Below, one piece after another: positions 8,577-16,736 of a stretch of DNA of 64,000 bases (positions are counted from its first letter, which is position 1; each line of letters begins with the position of its first letter). The stretch lies in IMG/VR virus record IMGVR_UViG_3300031911_000003, positions 1 to 64,000 of that record; one strand, written 5' to 3'. The DNA comes from a virus (Duplodnaviria; Caudoviricetes). A model generated the notes under the pieces. That model saw only the letters and a program-made list of their open reading frames with translations, did not search any database and was not told the origin of the DNA. Made by a program: the position numbers and the translations under genes.

Positions 8577-8906
8577 TCAAATCTTCTCGACGACGTAGCG
8601 GCTGTGCTCTGTGGCTATGAGGTAGACGCCCGATCCCTCGCAGCGCCACCTCAGCACGAGGCTAGAAGACCACCCGTCGTCAGACTCGCCGTAGCGGAGC
8701 GCGAGCTGGCGGGTGGCGCGGAGGTATTCTTCGAGGTTGGTCCCGTCCCAGAGCTCAAGTGAGCCGCCCGGTCGGCGGAGGGCCGCCTCGCCCTCGCGCG
8801 TCGGATCGATCCTGATGTGTCCCGAATAGTGCTCTTGTGTTCTCGAGGAGACGACGCCGAGATGTCTTACTCGGATGCGCAAAGTCGAAGGATTAGCTGA
8901 GGGCAA
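8577..8906 (-). CDS. hypothetical protein
   Basis: ORF directly following 8893..9924; start uncertain. Confidence 0.4.
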   Translation of the reverse strand: MPSANPSTLRIRVRHLGVVSSRTQEHYSGHIRIDPTREGEAALRRPGGSLELWDGTNLEEYLRATRQLALRYGESDDGWSSSLVLRWRCEGSGVYLIATEHSRYVVEKI

Positions 8907-9924
8907 CGCCGTCGTTGCTGATCACGCGCCAGCGCAGCGCGCCTGCGAGCTGCATGCCCTCGAGCACGATCATGTCGCCGGCTGCCCCGAAGGTCATGAC
9001 GGTGTTGCCAGTCTGATTTAACGCCTGCGCCGACGTGACGACGATGTCGCCGATGTAGACGTCGCAGATGAGCGAGGCGCGCTGCCCGACGTAGGTCGGG
9101 ATCGCGAGAGTGCGCGTCTCGGCTCCGGCGCTCGTCATCGGCACGTGGCCGTCGGAGGTGACAGGGATCGCCCCGCCGTTGCCGGGATCGGCGATGCGGT
9201 TGGCGTTTGTCGCAGCGGCCTGCTTGCCCTGGAAGGTAAACAGGCCGCTCGGTGGCTTCATCTCACCGGTGCCAAGCGACAGGTCGACGGCGGTGGTTCC
9301 GGCCGCGCAGGACAGATTCTTGTTCGCAGCGAGTACGAGCCCCGCGCCGCCGCTGTCGATGCTCGCCACCGCGACGCCGTTGGCGCCGAGCGTGAGCGCG
9401 GCCCCGGTGCCGGCGCGGACGGTGCTCGCCTTGCCCGCGGCTCCGAGCCAGGTGAGAGCGCCGGTCGACAGGACCTGATCGTCGGTGCCGCCGAGCGAGA
9501 AGCTGCGGTCAGCGCTGAGGTCGCCGCCGCCCGTGACGCCGCCCGAGGTGGTGAGGTTCCGGCCTGCCGGTACGGTGCCGCCCGCGGCCGGCGGGGCGGA
9601 GAGGCTGTTGATCTCGGCGTCGCCCTCGAAGTCGCTGCCGCCGTCGAGCAAGAGGTGATACCACTCGCTGGCACCCTCGGCGGGCAGCGTGAAGCTGTAG
9701 TCGGTGTTGCCCTGCTCGCCCTTGGCGAGGTTCATCTCCACCTGCTCGCCGATCGCGTTGGTGACGCGGAACCAGTCGCCGGTCGCGTTCATGCGGATGA
9801 GGCAAAGGGTGACCTCGCCCGCCGTCGAGCGGGCAGAGACGCGCAGCGCAGTTCCGGTGATCTGGACGGCGTCAGTAGTTACCCCGTTGGCGGGGAGAGT
9901 CGTTCGCGGTGTGACGTTTCCCAT
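8893..9924 (-). CDS. virion structural protein (Gly/Ala/Thr-rich, fibre/decoration-like)
   Basis: Start ATG 9924 with ACCATC 8 nt upstream; GGVTGGGDLSADRS fibre-like motif. Confidence 0.6.
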   Translation of the reverse strand: MGNVTPRTTLPANGVTTDAVQITGTALRVSARSTAGEVTLCLIRMNATGDWFRVTNAIGEQVEMNLAKGEQGNTDYSFTLPAEGASEWYHLLLDGGSDFEGDAEINSLSAPPAAGGTVPAGRNLTTSGGVTGGGDLSADRSFSLGGTDDQVLSTGALTWLGAAGKASTVRAGTGAALTLGANGVAVASIDSGGAGLVLAANKNLSCAAGTTAVDLSLGTGEMKPPSGLFTFQGKQAAATNANRIADPGNGGAIPVTSDGHVPMTSAGAETRTLAIPTYVGQRASLICDVYIGDIVVTSAQALNQTGNTVMTFGAAGDMIVLEGMQLAGALRWRVISNDGVALS

Positions 9925-10012
9925 GCGCAGTGATGGTCGCGCTTTACACAGCGTCGCAGAAATGAGAGTCTTCAAGACTCGCCGAAGTGGGCAGGTATTA
10001 AAGGAGGATCGT

Positions 10013-10498
10013 ATGCTCGAGATACGCATCAATAAAGTGATCGTAGACGAATCTCAGGATTCGAACCCAGACGTGCGCGGACCTTGGGATGATGTCAGCC
10101 ACAGCGAGGAGTTCCGCGGGCCTTCTGCCCAAGAACTGACGAAGGACATAGAGCAGCTCGTCGCTTGTGGTGGTCGGACATATTCGGTCTTGGGAGATAA
10201 GCTACGGAGGTATCACTTTTTCAACAACATCTTGCCGAAGCTACAAGAACTGATCACCAAGACATGGCCTCACTCCAGATTCACTTTGGAGATTTCCCCT
10301 GCGGAGCGGGGTTACAAGTTCAACCTGATGCGAAGCTACGGCGACAACTACTTCGACTGCCTGCCGCAGCCCTTAAATCGAACACCTCAGGTGTGGAGCC
10401 TGACGGAAATACTGTACTTCGTCGCGGAACTCCTCTGTAGGTTCTCCATAGACGAGGTGCCGAGTGAACTGATCGCGGAGCTGAAGGTGGTCCAATGA
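10013..10498 (+). CDS. hypothetical protein
   Basis: AAGGAGG SD before ATG 10013; lower-GC moron-like insertion. Confidence 0.6.
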   Translation: MLEIRINKVIVDESQDSNPDVRGPWDDVSHSEEFRGPSAQELTKDIEQLVACGGRTYSVLGDKLRRYHFFNNILPKLQELITKTWPHSRFTLEISPAERGYKFNLMRSYGDNYFDCLPQPLNRTPQVWSLTEILYFVAELLCRFSIDEVPSELIAELKVVQ

Positions 10499-10860
10499 AG
10501 GCCGAAAGTAACCAGCGAATAATTGATGACATCGAGAAGGCACTCAGCAAGCTATTGCACCGCCGAGTGCGGTGGCGTGACCTCCTGTCGCTCTTAGAGA
10601 CAGACGCGGAACTCCGACAGACGATCGTCACAGCTATCGACGAAGAAGCTTATAAGCGAGCGGGCAAGCGAGAGGCTGCGTCGACTGGCGTGCAGCCGGA
10701 GTTGCTTAGCGCGCTGTCAACACGGATCTGCAACTGCCTGGCAGCTGGCGGCATCTTGACCAAGAAGCAACTCGTGGAAACGTCCGACGCAGATCTACTC
10801 AGACTCAAGAACTTCGACCGTGCTTGTCTGCTTGAAGTTCGCCGCTTCTTAGCTTCTTAA
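10495..10860 (+). CDS. protein with C-terminal RNA polymerase alpha-CTD-like domain
   Basis: LSTRICNCLAAGGILTKKQLVETSDADLLRLKNFDRACLLEVRRFL matches the alpha-CTD pattern LSVRSxNCL...I.T..DL......LLK..NFG.KSL.EI. Confidence 0.75.
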   Translation: MKAESNQRIIDDIEKALSKLLHRRVRWRDLLSLLETDAELRQTIVTAIDEEAYKRAGKREAASTGVQPELLSALSTRICNCLAAGGILTKKQLVETSDADLLRLKNFDRACLLEVRRFLAS

Positions 10861-10882
10861 GCTTCATGCCCTGGAAGGTACG

Positions 10883-12088
10883 CTAGATGCTCTGCAGTAC
10901 GAGCTGCGAGGTCAGGACTGGCACCTGGTTGTACTGGATCGCCAGGTCCTGCGTCCCGCCGTTGATCTTCACGTCCGTCGCGTCGAGCACCACGCTGTTT
11001 GTCGTCCCCGCAGGTAGGCTTATGAGGCCGAGCACCCGCTCGTAGCTTACCCGGCCGAGCCTGCCGCCGCCGATCAGGAACGACCCGAACCAAGTGGCGA
11101 GGTTCCGGTTCACCGTGGCCAGGAACGCCGCGTTGTTGTAGGTAGCCTCGACGATGACCGTGCCGGACACCGTCACTGCAAGATTGACGGCGCTCGTCGC
11201 GGCGCAGCGCGCCGACTCCGATATGTTCGGGCCTCCCGTCTGCGTCGGCGAGAGGGCCAATTGGACTGCGGCTACTACCGACGGCGCTAGTGCTCCCGCC
11301 TCTCCCGCCACGATGACATCGACCCGCCCCGGATCGGTGAGGTCAAGGTTCGTCTCGACGCGGACGCGCGTCACCTCTTGACTGGCGTTGCGCGCGGCGG
11401 CTTCGTAGCCGGACTGCACCATCGTCGTGGGCTTAAACTGGCTGAGCGTCCCCCACTTCGTCACGTTGCGGCGCTGCAGGCTCGCGTCCTCCTCGGCTGG
11501 CGTGCCGCTCGCGCCGTACTGGTCTGCCTGCCAACCGGAAGGATTCGTCACCGTGACGCCCGCGAGGGTGCCGCGCACCCAGGTGTCGATCTCGCCGACG
11601 CCAGCGTTGTAGTCGCTGCCGACGTCCGCCGCCTCGACGTACACGCGAGCACTGCCACCGCGGGGGATCGTCACCGGATCGACCCCATTGGGCGCGACGC
11701 CTGAGTATTCCAGCCCACCGATGCCCACAGAGAACCCCACAGACAGCGGCGAGAACTTGAACGGCCCGAGGCCCCGCGGATCGGACAGCGTCACAAACCC
11801 ACTGGCCTTCACCCCAAGGAAGCGGAAGTCGTCAAAGAGCTGCTCGCTGAGGTTATCGAGGCCGGAGTCGCTCGCGGTCTGGTTGTAGCCCTGCGCGACG
11901 ACGTAGGCGCCGGCCTGGTTCTCCTGGTCCTGCGCGCGGCTCTCCACCTCGACGAGCGCGACGGGCAGCGACTCGGGTGCGTAGCTCTCGATCGCGGTGA
12001 AGCCAGCCGCCTCGAGCCTGTCGAAAGTCTCCTGTTTGACCTCTTCGTAGGTCGGCGGATTTAGTAGTTGCTCGACGGTAAGAGCCAT
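10883..12088 (-). CDS. baseplate J-like (Mu gp47) protein
   Basis: GLDNLSEQLFDDFRFLGVKASGFVTL, EEDASLQRRN..KW, PGRVDVIVAG. Confidence 0.85.
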   Translation of the reverse strand: MALTVEQLLNPPTYEEVKQETFDRLEAAGFTAIESYAPESLPVALVEVESRAQDQENQAGAYVVAQGYNQTASDSGLDNLSEQLFDDFRFLGVKASGFVTLSDPRGLGPFKFSPLSVGFSVGIGGLEYSGVAPNGVDPVTIPRGGSARVYVEAADVGSDYNAGVGEIDTWVRGTLAGVTVTNPSGWQADQYGASGTPAEEDASLQRRNVTKWGTLSQFKPTTMVQSGYEAAARNASQEVTRVRVETNLDLTDPGRVDVIVAGEAGALAPSVVAAVQLALSPTQTGGPNISESARCAATSAVNLAVTVSGTVIVEATYNNAAFLATVNRNLATWFGSFLIGGGRLGRVSYERVLGLISLPAGTTNSVVLDATDVKINGGTQDLAIQYNQVPVLTSQLVLQSI

Positions 12089-12118
12089 GGTAGAGATGGT
12101 GAAGAGGAGAATTCTCAG

Positions 12119-12289
12119 ATGGGAAGAGACAGCACGATAAAGATGGCTCGCGGGATACTTCGCTTAGAGCGACGAAACAATCCGAAAGCTACTTCACAGC
12201 ACCTACACTCGCTAGCGCACAAGCTGACGCGCAGCCTTCGTGAGGCGCTCCGCTCGCGAACGATCCAGCGCATCGTCGGAGATGTCTAA
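12119..12289 (+). CDS. small basic hypothetical protein
   Basis: GAGGAG SD before ATG 12119; stop overlaps the next start. Confidence 0.45.
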   Translation: MGRDSTIKMARGILRLERRNNPKATSQHLHSLAHKLTRSLREALRSRTIQRIVGDV

Positions 12290-12567
12290 TGGCGTACGAA
12301 TACAAGGGCGTGAAGTGCGACACGTTGGAAGAGCTCTTGAAGCTGCAAGAAGCGGAGCGCACGAAGGCTTCTTCGCAGGCGGTTCGAATTGAGCACGCCG
12401 AGGCGAAGGATCGAAAACAGACGCGACCAGCGAAATCTTCACAGAAGCGAATCGAATGCGACCACCGCTATGTTTATGACGGCCTCGGCGGAGGTCACAA
12501 CGAGCAGTACGTCCACAAATGTTCCAAGTGCGGAGATTCTAATTGGTTTTCGGAGCCGCATCGCTAG
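12289..12567 (+). CDS. hypothetical protein with C-terminal Zn-ribbon (CDH...CSKCG)
   Basis: Translationally coupled on both sides. Confidence 0.55.
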   Translation: MAYEYKGVKCDTLEELLKLQEAERTKASSQAVRIEHAEAKDRKQTRPAKSSQKRIECDHRYVYDGLGGGHNEQYVHKCSKCGDSNWFSEPHR

Positions 12568-13284
12568 ATGGACGAACTCTTCGAGAGCATCGCGAAGGTG
12601 CAGGAGTCAATCGACAGGCGCAGCACGTCGGTAAACTACCGCGCGCTTTACCCCGCGACGATCATCTTCACCGACGGCGAGCTTGCGACCGTCGAGGCGC
12701 AGCTCGGCGCGACGATGATGACGCTCAGCGACTGCAAGGTGCGGCGCGAGGCGGGCTTGAAGAACGAGGCGACGGAAGGCAGCCCCTGCTTCGTCGGGTG
12801 GGAGGGTGGCGATCCGGCGCGGCGCTTCGTCCTCGTCGGCAGCTTCGGCGGCACTTCGGTGAAGTGGACTATCTCGGCGTCCGGCAGCGTCGTGTTCGAC
12901 GCTCCGGAGACGAATGCCAAGCACGATCTCGTCTCGGAGCACGAGGTCGGGCAGTCAGCAGGTCCGCTCGGACTCGTGCCGGGCGTGAACGTGAACCCGG
13001 CGACGTCCTCCGCGAAGGGAGACGACGCGGCCTTCGACCTCGAGCTGCAGCCCGTCGACAACACGAAGCCCATGGGGCCGCTGCTCGCCATCGTGACGTT
13101 TGGCCGCGCATTCGGCAGCACACCCAAGGCTGTGCTGCAGGTGAAGGACTTCATCACTGCTCCGACGAGCGCGTACGATGTCAAGTATTCAACTACACCG
13201 ATCTCGATCTCGATCACTGGAACCTTCCCGAATCCAACCGGCAAAACGGTCATAACGGCGTTCATCCGAGAGAATAAGCCGTGA
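12568..13284 (+). CDS. baseplate central spike (gpV/gp45-like OB-fold)
   Basis: YRALYPATI...CFVGWEGGDPARRFVL followed by a beta-rich C-terminus. Confidence 0.7.
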   Translation: MDELFESIAKVQESIDRRSTSVNYRALYPATIIFTDGELATVEAQLGATMMTLSDCKVRREAGLKNEATEGSPCFVGWEGGDPARRFVLVGSFGGTSVKWTISASGSVVFDAPETNAKHDLVSEHEVGQSAGPLGLVPGVNVNPATSSAKGDDAAFDLELQPVDNTKPMGPLLAIVTFGRAFGSTPKAVLQVKDFITAPTSAYDVKYSTTPISISITGTFPNPTGKTVITAFIRENKP

Positions 13285-13409
13285 TCCTCTTCGGCGGATC
13301 TGAGGTGTGGAAGACGAGCTCGCTCACGCGCCTGATGCTCCGCTTCTGGGACGCGATCGACGACGAGTGGCTGCGCCTGGCGGGCTACGTTTCCTGACCA
13401 TCTTCCGTC

Positions 13410-14078
13410 GTGGCCGTAGCGCTCCTCGACGACGAACCACTCCTCAAACTGGACCTGATGATACCTCGGTGGGGTCCGTGGCACGCCGACGCGATGCTCG
13501 AGGGCACGGTCGCGCCGGTCGTCGGCTCGTCCGTCTCGCTAGTCGTCGGCGGCGTCTCGCGCGCGGGCACTGTTAAGCGGAGCGGCGCGCCGTATGGTCA
13601 GGTGCGCTGCCGGATCGTTGGCGGCGCCGGAAAGCTCGGCGCGCTGTGTCAGCCCAAAGACTACGGGCAGGTGACGGCGATGGCCGTTGGCCGAGACATC
13701 CTCGATCAGGTGGGCGAAACTGTTGGTGACCTGTCACCGCTGTCGGCCGTCGTGCTACCGCAGTGGCAGCTATTGCAGGAAACGGCTGGGGAAGCCCTGC
13801 AACGCGTCTTCAGGCAGGCACCCGGCTTAGACCTTTGGTGCGAGCGCAGCGGGGCGCTGAGCGCCCGGCAGACCACTTGGACGCGGAGCGTCGGGGCACT
13901 GTGGCGCGGCATCCTGCCGCAAGAGCGCGGTGCGGTGCTCTTCGCGGACAGCGGGGAGATCGAGCCCGGCGTGCGCGTGACAACGCTGCATGGCGACTTC
14001 GACATCGAGCGCGCGCAGTACGTACTCGATCCGAACGACGAGCGCAGCGCGCTGAGGCTGTCTATCTGGTATCGTTGA
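13410..14078 (+). CDS. baseplate hub / tail protein (gp44-like)
   Basis: MIPRWGPWHAD, RCRIVGGAGKL; GTG start with ACCATC 8 nt upstream. Confidence 0.6.
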   Translation: MAVALLDDEPLLKLDLMIPRWGPWHADAMLEGTVAPVVGSSVSLVVGGVSRAGTVKRSGAPYGQVRCRIVGGAGKLGALCQPKDYGQVTAMAVGRDILDQVGETVGDLSPLSAVVLPQWQLLQETAGEALQRVFRQAPGLDLWCERSGALSARQTTWTRSVGALWRGILPQERGAVLFADSGEIEPGVRVTTLHGDFDIERAQYVLDPNDERSALRLSIWYR

Positions 14079-14213
14079 AATAGCCTGAGCGCCCTCCCTT
14101 ACACGAATGATCGAGCAGGTCAGCAACAGCCCCTGAACCTCAATCGTCTTCGAGCCTGATCGCGTAACCGCCTCGTAATTGCAGTAACTTCAACATTCTC
14201 ACCATCTCCTCTT

Positions 14214-14693
14214 GTGCCGCTCAAGACTTCCGTAAATGCCACACCCACCGTCGCCGAGGTGCGCGGTTTCACCTACGACGGGCGGGATTACTCGACGCTA
14301 AAGCCTGACGGCACCTTCGGGCTGAGCTTCCGAGTGATCCACAACAGCAAGCGCGTCATCGCCGAGCACATCGCGCGGCGCTGGATCTGCGAGCAGGGCG
14401 ACCTCGACGCGGCGTACATCGGCGCGGGCTTCAGGCGATACCTCAACATGTCGCTCACCGTCATGCAGCGGGAGCAGCTCGAGGCCGCGCTCCGAAACGA
14501 AGCGCTCAACGTAGACGGCGTCGAGCGCTGCTCCGTCGCCATCACCCAGAAGCGCCTGTCAGGTTCCGCCTTCGAGCTCACCGCCAGCGCCACCGTCACG
14601 CTGAGCCGGCGCTTCGGCGGCGAGACATTCACGACCGTCTTCGCGCTTACCGCCGAGACGTCTAGGCTCATCGTCGGCGGACAGATTACTTAA
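14214..14693 (+). CDS. baseplate wedge gp25/gp46-like protein
   Basis: IAEHIARRW, DAAYIGAG, LEAALRNEALNVDGVERCSV; ACCATC 8 nt upstream. Confidence 0.7.
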   Translation: MPLKTSVNATPTVAEVRGFTYDGRDYSTLKPDGTFGLSFRVIHNSKRVIAEHIARRWICEQGDLDAAYIGAGFRRYLNMSLTVMQREQLEAALRNEALNVDGVERCSVAITQKRLSGSAFELTASATVTLSRRFGGETFTTVFALTAETSRLIVGGQIT

Positions 14694-14702
14694 ACATGGC
14701 TC

Positions 14703-15491
14703 TTAGCGCAACGACACATTTCTAAGCGACACCTCCACCGCTAGCTTGAGGTCTGACCAGACGGCGAGGCGCAGGTCCTTGCGATTCGGTTGTCGGAGTA
14801 GGTAAGACGGGTGGTAGGTCGGGATGACCTTGATCTCGGGCTTGTCGAGCTTCTTAAGATCGAGCATGAGGCCAGCGACGCCCACGCCCATCTGTCGGAC
14901 AGCGAGATTCGAACTATCCCGAAGTGCCCCGATGCTGAGCTTGCTCGCCGTCAGAGTCTGCGCCGCCACGCGGCCGAGCGCAACGACGACACGGAGCTTC
15001 GGGAGCAGGCGAAGCTGCTGCCAGAGCCAGGCGTCGGCGCAGGTGCGCACGTCGTTCTCGTCCTTGAGAAGTTTGTTGTCGGACGGTCGGCACTTGACAA
15101 CGTTGCAGACGTACGGGTCCGACGGGAAGGTGATTCCATGCTCAGCTTCAGCATATCGACGCATCGCGTCGATCTGTTTGTCGAGGAGCTGCCCAGCGCT
15201 GCCCACGAAGGGCAGGCCCTGTTCGTCCTCGTCTGCGCCCGGCGCCTCACCGAGGAACGCGAGCGTCGAGAGTGGATCGCCTTTCGCGAGGACGCTCTGC
15301 TTGCGCGTCGAGCCATGCGGGCAACGGCGACAACCTGAGACGTCGTCGGCGAGGATCGCCAGGCTGCGGTGCGTCTTCGATGGGAGCTCAGGCGCCAGGC
15401 AGCACCGCGCGGGCGTCTCTTTGCCCGTCGCGTTCGGGCACTCGTGTCCTGAAACGGCGCACTTCACCCAACCTCGTTCCATCAGCGACAC
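14703..15491 (-). CDS. udg: uracil-DNA glycosylase family 4 (Fe-S type)
   Basis: CRRC, FLGEAPGADED..G.PFVG.AG, NVVKCRP..N, ALGRVA, TYHPSYLLR. Confidence 0.9.
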   Translation of the reverse strand: MSLMERGWVKCAVSGHECPNATGKETPARCCLAPELPSKTHRSLAILADDVSGCRRCPHGSTRKQSVLAKGDPLSTLAFLGEAPGADEDEQGLPFVGSAGQLLDKQIDAMRRYAEAEHGITFPSDPYVCNVVKCRPSDNKLLKDENDVRTCADAWLWQQLRLLPKLRVVVALGRVAAQTLTASKLSIGALRDSSNLAVRQMGVGVAGLMLDLKKLDKPEIKVIPTYHPSYLLRQPNRKDLRLAVWSDLKLAVEVSLRNVSLR

Positions 15492-16081
15492 CCCTCGTCG
15501 CTGTTGGGATTACAGATGGGCGTAGCGACGGCAGAGCCCATGTCTGGCGTGGTGTAATTCTCAAACCAAGCAATCACAGATGGATTCTCTGCGATCTGAA
15601 GACCAGCAAGGACGCCGATCAACAGGCAAACGAGCGCACTCGCCAGGGTGAATGTGGTCACGAAATTCGATCGCTCTTTGCGGAGCTTCGACACCATGTC
15701 GACTGCCGTTGCGGGCGCTTCGATTACTGGCACCACAGTCACGGGCAGGCGTGCCGCGACGGCCTTCTCGCGCTTGCTGATCTTCGCATGAGCCCGCTCG
15801 ACTTCGATCCTGCTTCGAGACGAGATATCGAAGGGAATAGCTACGGGTACGGGAAGCTCCTCGGGAATAGGCGAGAAGAGTACACCACCAAAGACGAAGG
15901 GTCGGAGGCTGGCGGCGCCCCTACGCACTTCCTTGTGGGGCGATTGTGCGAGCTCCGCGCGGCTTACGATTTGGCGTGATCCTTCTCTGGTCACAATCAC
16001 TTTGCTAGTTCGATACATCATTCTGACTACTCCGATCTGAGTTACTTTACGTTTTGTACTCCAAATCGGAGCTGCGCGCAA
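15482..16081 (-). CDS. hypothetical membrane protein
   Basis: One C-terminal hydrophobic helix; start uncertain. Confidence 0.4.
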   Translation of the reverse strand: MRAAPIWSTKRKVTQIGVVRMMYRTSKVIVTREGSRQIVSRAELAQSPHKEVRRGAASLRPFVFGGVLFSPIPEELPVPVAIPFDISSRSRIEVERAHAKISKREKAVAARLPVTVVPVIEAPATAVDMVSKLRKERSNFVTTFTLASALVCLLIGVLAGLQIAENPSVIAWFENYTTPDMGSAVATPICNPNSDEGCR

Positions 16082-16085
16082 GCGT

Positions 16086-16736
16086 CTAGCGCCAAGTAGG
16101 CGAGCGCGTTGCGCTTTTTGTTCTCACGCCTTGGGCCGGGCCGACGACGGACTTGGGCACTAGGCCAGTCGACCGAAGATCGTCCTGCTTCACCTGCTTC
16201 GTCGCGCCGCGCGGGCCACTCTGCACGAAGCGGACGTCGTATCCCTCGACGTCAACCACCCAGCGGTCGACATCCACCGGCTGCAGGATCCCTCGCTTCG
16301 TGGGCACGAATTGCTGTATGCCGCTGCCGGCGTAGCTCGGGTGCGAGACGCGCACGGCGTTGCGAGCGTCGAGGCCACGGGGCATGAGCCTGTCCTCGAC
16401 GCGCTCGTACTCGTCGCGCCAGTCCTTCGGTGGGTCCTTCGAGTAGTCGATGAACAGGTTCAGCGTGAAGCCGACCGGCACGGTGTCGACGCCCTGCGAC
16501 ACGTATCGCCTGTAGTCGGTTCCTTTGGCCTTCCTGGCCTCAACGTCAAGCATCATCCCGCCCCGCAGTGAGCCCTTGACGATGGGGAGCAGCACGTCTT
16601 CGATCAAGATACCGTCGTAGTTTGTGATCGCGAAGGGTTGTACGCGCGCCCCCGTCTGGCCAGCCAAAGCCAAATCGACGAGGTCAAGTAGATTTCCGCC
16701 AACCCCTTGTGAAGTGACCTTGGGATACCTAGCCAT
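16086..16736 (-). CDS. tail tube initiator / baseplate-associated protein
   Basis: Coupled directly downstream of the tape measure gene. Confidence 0.55.
   Translation of the reverse strand: MARYPKVTSQGVGGNLLDLVDLALAGQTGARVQPFAITNYDGILIEDVLLPIVKGSLRGGMMLDVEARKAKGTDYRRYVSQGVDTVPVGFTLNLFIDYSKDPPKDWRDEYERVEDRLMPRGLDARNAVRVSHPSYAGSGIQQFVPTKRGILQPVDVDRWVVDVEGYDVRFVQSGPRGATKQVKQDDLRSTGLVPKSVVGPAQGVRTKSATRSPTWR

Noticed and set aside
12100-14700. Invertible DNA segment explaining the plus-strand baseplate block
   Set aside because: No flanking inverted repeats or invertase gene; simple inversion would still not give the standard gene order
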